Part shown: in pieces, positions 14,384 to 25,211 of the stretch
Numbering within the stretch: the stretch's first letter is position 1
Layout: every line of letters begins with the position of its first letter
DNA from: Octopus sinensis
Lineage: Eukaryota
Direction: 5' to 3'
DNA length: 64,000 nt
Assembly (NCBI RefSeq): GCF_006345805.1
Contig: NC_042999.1
Location: 118,482,001-118,546,000 of the forward strand
The notes under the pieces: generated by a model
What the model saw: only the letters and a program-made list of their open reading frames with translations
What the model was told of the DNA's origin: nothing
Database searches by the model: none
Program-made: the position numbers and the translations under genes

Positions 14384-14614
14384 GGCGGCGAGCTGGCAGA
14401 AACGTTAGCGCGCCGGGCGAAATGCTTAGCAGTATTTCGTCTGTCGTTACATTCTGAGTTCAAATTCCGCCGAGGTTGACTTTGCCTTTCATCCTTTCGG
14501 GGTCGATAAATAAAGTACCAGTTTCGCACTGGGATCGATGTAATCGACTTAATCCCTTTGTCTGTCCTTGTTTGTCCCCTCTATGTTTAGCCCCTTGTGG
14601 GTAGTGAAGAAATA
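14384..14614 (+). mobile_element. SINE family B, young CpG-rich copy with 12-bp TSD
   Basis: GGCGGCGAGCTGGCAGAAACGTTAGCGCGCCGGGCG... flanked by TATATCAATAAA at 14372-14383 and 14615-14626. Confidence 0.92.
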
Positions 14615-15619
14615 TATATCAATAAAGTATCTACACTGGTATAGTAATTTCTTCCTTCATTGATATCTTGATATATTGCAAATTCCTTCACATTTTTTTG
14701 CTCAGATTTATGTAAATCTTCTAATGGATTAACCCTCTTTATGCAAAATCTGATTAAACTCCAGGACTATAATTTATACAACAAATTTCCTGAGTCCAAT
14801 TAGTCAATATTTCACTTTTTTTGGTAACTCAACAAAAACTCAATTGAGTGTGATATTTCAAGTAGTATTATAAAGTTCTATCTCTATAATATTACCTGAA
14901 TTTGGTTATTTATTTCATTTCTTGCTTTCAAGTCTGCTGCACATGCTATAGTACATAATTTCTACATTCATTAAAGGACAATAGTAGATTAATTTTTTTA
15001 CCATAAAAATTTAGAATATAAAATATATGGGCCATGCAATGGTAATTACTTGTTGATAGAATTCAGATCTGTTTTTGCTAAAGCAATTATATTTTCCAGA
15101 CAATTAAACACTTCTACCATATTTCTGTACAGACAATTATTTAGACCAGCTTATTCTTTAATCATCTCTATTGTCCTTATATATGCATCTATATAGAAAT
15201 AGGAAATCCAAAGACAGTCAGTCTAAATAGCCAGCAAATCAAAGATACAGTTTATATTCCATCAAAAGTATTGAATTATGTCCCCCATCAGAGCAACAGA
15301 ACTCACATAAATTTACTTAACTCAAAAATAAGCACAAGCTAATATAGCAATAATTGAATGGATTGGAGTTATATTTTATTTATACATAGATCTATACATT
15401 GATATGTTTATTGTCTGAATATAAAAAGAAAGAAAGAAAACACGAATATACACACACATGTATCCACACACAAATATGGCTGTATAAAAGGAGAGAAAAT
15501 GCCCTCAAGATATGTTACAGCCTTTAAAAACTCATCTGAAGCTGATGGTTCCCTGTCACCCTAGTTACTAGCACTCATCCATTTGTTCCATTTGTTCAAA
15601 TGAATATATATATATGTAT

Positions 15620-16105
15620 GTCATCATCATCATCATCGTCGTTTAACGTCCGCTTTCCATGCTAGCATGGGTTGGACAGTTTGACTGTGGGCTGGCGAAC
15701 CAGATGGCTGCACCAAGCTCCAGTCTTGATCTGGCAGAGTTTCTACAGCTGGATGCCCTTCCTAATGCTAACCACTCTAAGAGTGTAGTGGGTGCTTTTA
15801 TGTGTCACCGGCACGGGGGCCAGTCAGGTGGTACTGGCAACGACCTTGCTCGAATTTTTACGCATGGGTCAGTCAGGTGGTACTGGCGACGACCTCACTC
15901 GAATTTTTTACACATGCACAGGTGAAAGTAAGACGATGCTGGTAACGATACCACTCGAATGGTGCCTCCTACATGCCACCGGCATGGAAGCCAGTTAGCC
16001 GCTCTGGCAACAATCATGATCAGATGGTGCTCTTAGCACCCTACTAGCATGGGGCACAAGTGCCAGTAATGCGAGGCTGACAATGATCCCGCTCATATGG
16101 TGCTT
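15620..16105 (-). mobile_element. RTE-tail repeat family C with internal tandem subrepeats
   Basis: (CAT)n CGTTTAACGTCCGCTTTCCATGCTAGCATGGG tail on the left. Homologous to copies at 28882 and 58812. Confidence 0.88.
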
Positions 16106-16356
16106 GTGTATATATATATATATATATATATTGAGGTTATGAGAGGTAATGGTGTCAATAAGACCCAAAAGTGTCAGGTAATGCTAAGTAAGTGCTATGG
16201 ACAGACTATAGATAAGCTCCAGGTTCAGTGGTTATGCGAATGAAGAGGAACTCCAGATACTATATCCTTATGTATCTCACATCTGTTTTACATTCCTCCA
16301 CTTCACTCTGTATTTCATATCTTCTCTATAATAACTATTGCTTAACCATTTTCTCA

Positions 16357-16410
16357 CACTATCTCTGATGAAGGGATATATAAAATATACTGGAAACAGC
16401 TGTAAGACCT
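16357..16410 (+). ncRNA. Minimal type-I hammerhead ribozyme motif (Penelope pLTR type), partly degenerate
   Basis: UCU-CUGAUGA (16365-16371), imperfect stem II GGGAUAU/AUAUACU, GAAAC, palindromic stem III ACAGCUGU, GUA cleavage triplet, AGA closing stem I. Confidence 0.65.
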
Positions 16411-16817
16411 TCTTTTTATAAATGTTCTGAAATCTTTCACAGCCTTGGATTTTTTATCTCATTCTGTTAATTTCGCACACACATCTATACATACATACAT
16501 ATATATATATATATTATATATATATATATATATATATGCATTTTAAAGATCAGTATGGAAGGCAGTGTAACTATAACCATTTATTTGTGCAACAATCGTT
16601 TTGGTTTAACACTTACTGGAATTTATCCTGAAATGAAGTTTGGATACTACATTTAATGACTAAATCTTAATTCCTTAATTTTAAATTTGACTTATATATA
16701 TATATATATATGTATGTTTGTATGTATGTATATATATGTTTGCATGAATGTATGTGTATATATGTATATATATGTATGTGTGTGCATATAAATATATATG
16801 CATATATATACATGTAC

Positions 16818-16863
<46 letters not shown>

Positions 16864-16942
16864 AAGAGAGGAGAAGAGAAGGGAGAGGGGCATAGGGAGG
16901 GAGAGACATGCACACATGTAAATATACACAGAAATGAATAAG

Positions 16943-17350
16943 TAGGCACTGGAGTGGCTGCGTGGTAAGAAGCTTGCTTCACAACCACATAGTTCCAAGT
17001 TCAGTCCCACTGCATGGCACCTTGGGCAAGTGTCCTCTGCTATAGTCCTGGGCCGACCAAAGCCTTTTGAGTGGATTTGGAAGATGGAAACTGAAAGAAG
17101 TCTGTCATATATACATATATATATATGTATGTATGTGTTTGTGTGTCTGTGTTTGTCCCCCCACCCATCGCTTGACAACCGCCGGTGTCGGTGTGTTTAT
17201 GTCCCTGTAACTCATAGTGGTTAGGCAAAAGACACCGATAGAATAATTACTAGGCTTACAAAAGAATAAGGCCTAGGATCGATTTGTTCAGTTAAAGGTG
17301 GTGCTCAAAATATGGCTGCAGTCAAATGATTGAAACAAATAAAAGAATAA
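16943..17350 (+). mobile_element. SINE family A
   Basis: Homologous to the 8363 copy along its length. Confidence 0.88.
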
Positions 17351-18879
17351 TGAAGGTAATATTGAGAAAAATTTCCTTTTCAATGAAGGCCCTTTAGCAT
17401 CAGATATAAAATAGGTCTACAGAAGTGCTGATATTATCTGCAAGAGCATTAGCTTTGTAATTATAATAATTTAATTTGGAAATCTGCATGGGGTCATGCA
17501 CTTATATTTGCCACTTTTTGATTCATTTTTGTTAATGGTAAGTGTAAATATGATTAATGTATCACTGAGTGTATTTCTTCAATTCAAGTGGATTTATCCA
17601 AAACAGATAATATCTTGCATAAAGCATTTCATTAGCCTAAAGTGAATGAAGTATTTCAATAACAAATTTTTTAGGAAAATTGCAAAATGTGCTTGACTGG
17701 TTAGTATTTGCAATAAATTATATACAGATATCAGCTATAAAAATTTGATCTTCTGTTATCTAAATATTAATATATATGTATGTATGTATATGTGCATACA
17801 CACACATATACATATATATATACACACACACACATAGAAACACACAGACACACACACGTATGTATGTATACAATCCCTCGCTTTCTCCTTTACTTTCTCT
17901 GCTGATTTCCCTCATATTTCACTAGTGCTCCTGGTTTGTTTAGAAGAAATATTTATTGTTATGTCTGTGTTGAAAATGATAAATGATAGGGAAAATAGGT
18001 TTTAAATCAAACACCATATGAATTTTGATAAACAAGCAAACCATATAAATGATAATATTTGAATTTATTCCTGTGAAGCAATTTCATGAGATAAAATGAG
18101 AAAGGAAGAAGTGTGGTTTAAAAAATAAATAAATAAAAAATTTTATTTGTTAATATTCAAATGTTTTTAATATATATATTTTTTTCTATTCAGTGAAAAT
18201 TGAATCTGGAAAAATTCAAGCCAGAATTTAGATGAAATATTTGTATAATATTCTATACATAGTCATATGATCTATGGACAGTATTGTAAGACTAATTAAT
18301 GTTGTTGAGTAGCTCTATTTTTTTTTTATATATATGTTATATATGATGTAAGAATTGTTAATCAAAAAATATGCATGGAACATCTATGACAGCCATAATT
18401 TATGAAAGAATCATTTGATTGGCTACCTATCCATACTAATTCTGCCTTTGTTACGTTTCCTTAAGATTGAGATATAAACATGTAATACTTCTTTTAAAGA
18501 TGACAAAGATTTTGCCATTCTGCTCAGCTAAGGATTTTACTTGGTGAATGCTATTTTAGCAAAGTTTGCATAGAAACTCTTTCTTTAACTTATCATTCTT
18601 TGATAACTATTCTCAAAGTGCTATTTCTTACATCTATATGTTACTTTATCAGGGACTGCACAGTTAATTCAAAATGGCTCCCCCATGGCTAAAACTGTCA
18701 TATTTATTTATATTCAGCCAAACCTGAAAATTTCTAAAGCTGTTTACGGTTCTTAATGTCTCTCTATAATGACTGTTACATTATCACAAGTCCCTTAACA
18801 AGTATAAACTGAACAGATGACTTCAGCTGGTGGGTACTACAACAATTGTAAAATGTACATACAGACATGGCTAAAAGTT

Positions 18880-19080
18880 ACTCTTTTACTCATTTATTTG
18901 TTGCAGTCATTTGACTGTGGCCATGCTGGAGCACCATCTTTAGTCGAGCAAATTGACCCCAGGACTTATTCTTTGTAAGCCTAGTACTTGTTCTATCAGT
19001 GTCTTTTGCTGAACTGCTAAGTTACGGGGATGTAAACACACCAGCATCGGTTGTCAAGCAATGTTGGGGGACAAACACAG

Positions 19081-19119
<39 letters not shown>

Positions 19120-19240
19120 ACAGGCTTCTTTCAGTTTCTGGTCGGCCCGAGGCTATAATGGAAGACACTTGCCCATGGTGCCACACAGTGGGACTGAACC
19201 TGGAACCATGTAGTTTGTAAGCAAGCTACTTACCACACAG
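18880..19240 (-). mobile_element. SINE family A (internal deletion)
   Basis: Reverse complement of the family A head and tail. Confidence 0.85.
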
Positions 19241-20887
19241 TTCAGAACTTTTTTTTTTAGATTAAAATTGTTATGCCCAAGTACAATTCAATTTAATATA
19301 TATGTGGAGATATACTTACCTGATAATTTTCAGATCTATGTTTCAAATTTTTGGCATTGGCCAAAAGAACTGGTGATTAAATATAGAAATTCTAATTTTC
19401 AGACCTATGTTCCAAACTTTTTGTCATGACTATAATACCCTAAGTAAGTTTTGAAGGTTTATAAAAAGCAACACAACTGAATTGTGATGCATGGCTAACA
19501 ATTGACATATTTGTAATATTTGAAAACTCTTTTCTTACAATTCAAACAATATTAGTTATAATTTATTCATAATTATGTCTAATCTATATCATGGCATAAA
19601 ATTATGTAGGGTTTGTTTATGGATGCTAAAATGGTTTGCATAGTTGTTCATTGCAGTGTAAAATTAGGAGACAACAAACTTTTTACGGTCTGATCAGCAT
19701 GAAATTATGAATGTTGTGGATTGATCTTTTGTTTGGTCTGCAAGACAGGAAAGACGTTTTTGCTCATAGATGAGTTTGATTGGAAAGCAAGACTGGTCAA
19801 CTTAACACTGGAATAAATTTCAAGACATAGCTCTTTCATTAAGAAATTTGCTTCCTGAATATGTAGTTTTGGGCTCAATCTCTATGCATCTTAGGCAACT
19901 TTCTTTTGCAAATAGCCCCGGGATTATCAAAGTCTTATGAGTGGATTTGGTAGACAGAAACTGAAAAAGTCTCTCTCATAGTGTGTGTGTGTGTTTGGGA
20001 TGATGGATTGGGATAAGAAGTATGTCAATCTATAGCCTGAGTATAAAAATTTGTAAAAGATGAGCGTAACTATCTGAAAAAATATAGCCATCGCTACATA
20101 ATTTGTTTGTTGTAAAAAGCTACTCCATCTAATTAAATGTTGATGAAAATAATATTGATTTTTACCATTTATGCAGTTATTTGATTAAAATTTGTAATCT
20201 GTCTACCAGTTAAAATATGTGCTACTGTTCCTCAAGTATTATTATGATACCTTTAACAAGCAAAATATTTTCTTAGGTAGATTGTGTTTATTGGTGTTTT
20301 CATATTTCTTGTGGTATAACCTTATTATCTTCTATTAATTGGTGTCACACATTCTTATGTGAAGGGCTCTAAAGAAGGAAATATTGCACAAGAGGTGTAT
20401 AGGGAACATGGCAGTGGACTGAAAACAGTTTGAGAATTTTTTATTTCTAAGCAACACAATGAAACATCAGACCATGAAATATTGAGAAGTTTGTGTTGTT
20501 TTTAATCAATGTCGTCCATGATCAATTAAAACTGTAAAAAGGCATTTTAATCATGAGTATCTTTATCAATTTCTTCTGGACAATTATCTAAGTTTGAATT
20601 CTCCCATGTGTTCTATTTTACTTTAAAAAACTGTATGGAGTATGTTGTAGGAAATTTAACGACTATTGCTAGCAGGTTGAGTGATAAATGTAGAGGCTCT
20701 ATTGTAGAGTGGTAATGAAGTAGGAATCGTTATCAAAATAGTTAGAGCATCAGAAAAATACTTGACTGCATGTGTTTCAGCTCTTTATGTTCTAAGTTAA
20801 AATCTTGCCAGGGTCACCTCAGCCTTTTCTCATTCCTAGCTTAACATCATAAAGTAACCAAACAAATACAAAGGTTGAAGTAGGGAC

Positions 20888-21500
20888 TGTAACGAACTTG
20901 TGAGTGTAAATATATCTTCTCTTGTACTTTCGGGGTACAAGAAAGCAATCGCTAGCCGTTGCTTTAATAATCCAGATTCTCTACCAGTCAGAAACAACAA
21001 GACGCAGACGTAAATAATATATATTCTACTTTATTCTCTAATGGGGTAACAGTAACAATAAGTGGTTATCTGATGTCCTTGGTTCTGGGCGCGCAAGGCT
21101 GAAAGTTAATCAATTGTAATATTTACAATGTTCAGCCGCTAAAAACAGAACGGGTTAAAGATGGCGTCCGGAGGAAGAAGATGAGGTCTGCAACAATTTG
21201 GTTAAAGGCCTTTTGGTATGGTGCTGCTAGAATCAAGTCCTGACGGAGAGAAAATATTTCGTGACCGTCGCCTTCAGTCGCTGCAGTCTCAAGTCCCCGC
21301 TGCTGCTGCTAGCGGTCAAACGTTCTACGACCCCCTTGCCTTGGCTAACTACCACGTAGGCAAAAGGGTCGTGCTCCCGGTGGTTCGCGCATGCGCGAGA
21401 GGGCCCTTCCTTTCTGTGCCTTGGTGAAGGCACCAACACTCGCACGCGCGAAATAGAAAATGGACGGTGCGCGCGCGTGCACCGTTATAGGATCACTACA
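20888..21500 (-). repeat. 3' LTR of the minus-strand LTR element
   Basis: Differs from 23041-23648 by five substitutions seen by eye plus a short indel-rich stretch near its left end. Confidence 0.95.
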
Positions 21501-21515
21501 AGGCTCCCCTCCAGT
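21501..21515 (-). other. Polypurine tract
   Basis: Minus strand ACTGGAGGGGAGCCT immediately precedes the TGTAGT start of the 3' LTR. Confidence 0.8.
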
Positions 21516-23019
21516 GCGTACGCACGAAGGAAACTTATTGTAGTGACTGCAAAACTCAAGGTGGATACCAGATATCCAAATAGCACACAATATAATAAAA
21601 TGGCAAAATTTATAACATACACAAGACATTTACTAAAGGAAAAAGAGAAAAAATACTCAATGAGCAAAAATCAAGAGTGCATGCATGAAAGTGTATACGT
21701 CACAAAGTATAAACCCTTCCGCTGAAAGGAGCGGAGGGAAAGCAAAACTCACAGTCAATGAACCTAGGCGAAATTAAAATCCAACTTCTCTAAAGGTGGT
21801 TGATCCTGCAAAATAGCAGTTAAATCAATTGCTGCAGGAGAGGAAATGGAATTGACAGAAGCTCGCTAGTAACACAAAAGGCAAAAGTGCAAACATGCTG
21901 GTGTGATGCGCGACACAGATAATTTTCTGTTAATTACGTGACCAACAGTGGTCTAACAGGGAAAAATAATTACGCCCATACATAGGCGCAGCGCATGTGA
22001 ACATCCGACGTCCTATGAGTCGGGAAAAAAACTAAGCTACTGCAAACGTGTTGCAAAAACAAGGCAAGATACGTGCGAAGCAAAAGGCGCATGAAATGCA
22101 ATAGGGCTTGCCAGACCGAAAAAAACAGCAATGAATATGCCAGTGGTTGAGCGATTATATGCCTCGTTCGTACAGGAACAAAGTATGACATGCTGGCGCG
22201 TTATAATGAACAAACAACCCTCTCTATGTATACGTGACCCCTAGGGTCTATAGAAATGAGGTGTGTCCACAAAAGGCAAATTTAGCATGGAAAAAAACAA
22301 GCGAGAAAAGCATGTGTGACGTATGTATGTGAGAGAGATAGCATTTATGTGTGTGTACGTGTGTGCGACAAAAATACATACAATGTGAATGTGAGCAAAA
22401 TATAAAACTACAGCGCATACAAAAATGTCTCTCATGGCTATCCCAGACAAGAGTTAATTTACCAGTCTGTAATAGCCTGATGCACAATAGCAGTTCGTTC
22501 TGTAACAGAATGTTGAAATCACAAATGCAGATGCCGGTTGAACACATATCGTGTAGCGGTTGTGGCTTCAATGCTGTGACAGGTTAACTGGAACAGAAGA
22601 ATCTCGTAGATAGACGGTGCTGTTTATCCTTGGTGTGCATATGCACATACAGCGTGCACGCTAAAGTTCCGCGAGTTGCTATGTACATCTTGGTCGACGG
22701 TGTTGAAAGGCGACGGTGGTGGAGGAAGGCGACTGTAGTGGACTTGAGACAACATTGTTCTTAGTGATGATGGCGACGAAGATAACGACGACGTAAAGTA
22801 GAAAGACGACGATGGCGATGACGAAGGTGGAGAAAAGGCATCGAATATATGATGGCGTCCGTCATCATGGCTGTAGAATAAGAAAGAGGCTCCTTCTACA
22901 ACTGTTTGTAGTGGCCGGAAACAAATCGTCGAAAGATGAATGCGTAGAGTTAAATCGTGTTCCGACTTCGCAGAAAAACTGGATTTTTTGTTGTTCAGTG
23001 ATCTCTGGTTTTAGACCAG

Positions 23020-23039
23020 AATCACGTTGGGGTCCACCA
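23020..23039 (-). other. Primer-binding site, tRNA-Trp-like
   Basis: Minus strand TGGTGGACCCCAACGTGATT, 1 nt from the 5' LTR. The retroviral tRNA-Trp PBS is TGGTGACCCCGACGTGAT, so this has one extra G and one substitution. Confidence 0.8.
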
Positions 23040-23040
23040 G

Positions 23041-23648
23041 TGTAACGAACTTAGTGTGAATATCTTCTCTTGTACTTTCGGGGTACAAGAAAGCAATCAC
23101 TAGCCGTTGCTTTAATAATCCAGATTCTCTACCAGTCAGAAACAACAAGACGCAGACGTAAATAATATATATTCTACTTTATTCTCTAATGGGGTAACAG
23201 TAACAATAAGTGGTTATCTGATGTCCTTGGTTCTGGGCGCGCAAGGCTGAAAGTTAATCAATTGTAATATTTACAATGTTCAGCCGCTAAAAACAGAACG
23301 GGTTAAAGATGGCGTCCGGAGGAAGAAGATGAGGTCTGCAACAATTTGGTTAAAGGCCTTTTGGTATGGTGCTGCTAGAATCAAGTCCGGACGGAGAGAA
23401 AATATTTCGTGACCGTCGCCTTCAGTCGCTGCAGTCTCAAGTCCCCGCTGCTGCTGCTAGCGGTCAAACATTCTACGACCCCCTTGCCTTGGCTAACTAC
23501 CACGTAGGCAAAAGGGTCGTGCTTCCGGTGGTTCGCGCATGCGCGAGAGGGCCCTTCCTTTCTGTGCCTTGGTGAAGGCACCAACACTCGCACGCGCGAA
23601 ATAGAAAATGGACGGTGCGCGCGCGCGCACCGTTATAGGATCACTACA
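23041..23648 (-). repeat. 5' LTR of the minus-strand LTR element
   Basis: Direct repeat of 20888-21500. Confidence 0.95.
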
Positions 23649-24965
23649 GGACTAACTTTCTCACCTTGATATTGCTGTCCTTCTGCCTAAATTAGATACG
23701 ATTATTAAATAACTAACAACCATGGTCTGTTGCCATATAAGCTGTTCTAATCCTTTTATTTTCAGATAAGGAAAATTATTTATGATGATAGTACAATCCT
23801 ATTTATGAGAAGTGTAGAAAAACAATAGAATATGAAGAAACTAGTGGTGTACTATGCTTACAAATAGTAATAAAATGTGTTCAAATGGCGTGGAATAAAT
23901 TTTCTACCATGATTTCAATGACTAAAATACTTGACTTCACATATTCTTCATAGAGTAATATTAATTCCACAGTTTCTATTCTTTGTATTAATCAAGATAA
24001 CGAACTTCATTAGCAACATCGTAACCAGTGACAGTATGAAACATTTTTCTCTCTATTACTCCTAAGCCACATAATTTTTGAGTGAATGAACAATTTTGTG
24101 TTTGTTGGACAAGAAATATTTCATCCAGCTGTCACAATAATTTAATTTCTTTTAGACATTTCAGTATTCTTTACCAATTACACTGTCTTCTATAATTGAC
24201 ACTATTCTTATTTGAAACCTATTCAATGACTAGATGGCAGTGAATAAACAGAATCATTAGAACTTCAGACAAAACGCTATGAAGTAATTGTTCCAGTTTT
24301 TCGTGTTTAAGTTCAAATTATGTCATAGTCAACTTTTTCTTTTATCTTTTCCGGAATTGTTAAAATAAAGTGCAAGTCCAAGGGTGATAGATTGAAGGAA
24401 TTGTCAGATCACAGGATATTAAAATTTTGTGGTGTTTGTTCAGGCTCTTTGTGTTCTGAATACTCAGGCAGGTATAACGATATTTGTGTGTATCTAGCCA
24501 ACAAGGTGGTGACTTGGCTAAAATACCAAAAGGAAGGCAATAGGGTATCACTTTTGTATTCTCACATAAAATTCCATGATAAGCACATAGCACTTTTCAA
24601 GGAAGTCACCTTTACACTGATGGAGCAGAAAGAAAAGAAGAATTGAACAAAGGCTTTGCCCTGTCTTCTAAACTCAAAGTTTATCAATAGTTTAATTCAG
24701 ATAACATTAGTATTAATTATTCTTTGTATCATCATAAAGTTAAGGAAAAGAAGTTGTAACATTTGTTCCTATCTAAGAGTCATTAGCAATAGAAGCTAAA
24801 TAGTTTCAGATTTTATCCTGCTAGGCAAAGGTATGATTAGATGAAAGCATGACTTTGTAACTGAAATCCCTTTGCAGCTACACAGTATGAGGTTCAGTCC
24901 TACAGTGCAGCACCTTGGCTAGTATTTTCTACTATAGCCTCAGGCCAGCCAATGCCTTGTAAGTA

Positions 24966-25211
24966 AAGATACATTCTTGAGCCGTGCCGAGTCATAAGGG
25001 TTGGTTACCTGGTTTCCATGGCATGTAAATTATCCACCTGGACAGGGTGCCTGACCATCACAGGATTACTCATTTTTGCCAGTTGAGTGGGCTGGAGTAA
25101 TGTGAAATAAAGTGTTTTGTTCAAGAACACAACACATCACCCAGTCCAGCAATCAATGCTACAATCTTACAATCACAAGTCCAACACCCTAACCACTAAG
25201 CCACGCATCTT
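24966..25211 (-). mobile_element. tRNA-headed SINE family D inserted into a family A SINE
   Basis: Reverse complement of the 52521 copy. Family A sequence flanks it at 24860-24965 and 25212-25505. Confidence 0.8.

Larger units (their letters stand above)
20888..23648 (-). mobile_element. Non-autonomous LTR retrotransposon (Ty3/gypsy-like structure), structurally complete
   Basis: Direct repeats 20888-21500 (613 bp) and 23041-23648 (608 bp), both TG...CA. 4-bp TSD GGAC at 20884-20887 and 23649-23652. PBS at 23020-23039 and PPT at 21501-21515 on the minus strand. The 1540-bp interior has no gag/pol motifs in the ORF track. Confidence 0.95.

Noticed and set aside
15800-16100. Regularly spaced internal repeats in family C resembling a CRISPR-like array
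   Set aside because: These are degenerate tandem subrepeats of a eukaryotic retroelement tail; the intervening sequences are themselves repeated and there are no cas genes.
21062-21115. Hammerhead-like CUGAUGU-CCUUG/CAAGG-CU-GAAAG in the LTR (would make the element a retrozyme)
   Set aside because: A9 is U, there are two extra nt before GAAA, and there is no NUH cleavage triplet in either type I or type III topology. It is identical in both young LTRs, so it is not decay from a canonical motif.
21218-21445. Duplicated ORFs in the LTRs and short ORFs in the LTR interior
   Set aside because: Short, open because of high GC, with no gag zinc knuckle or pol motifs.
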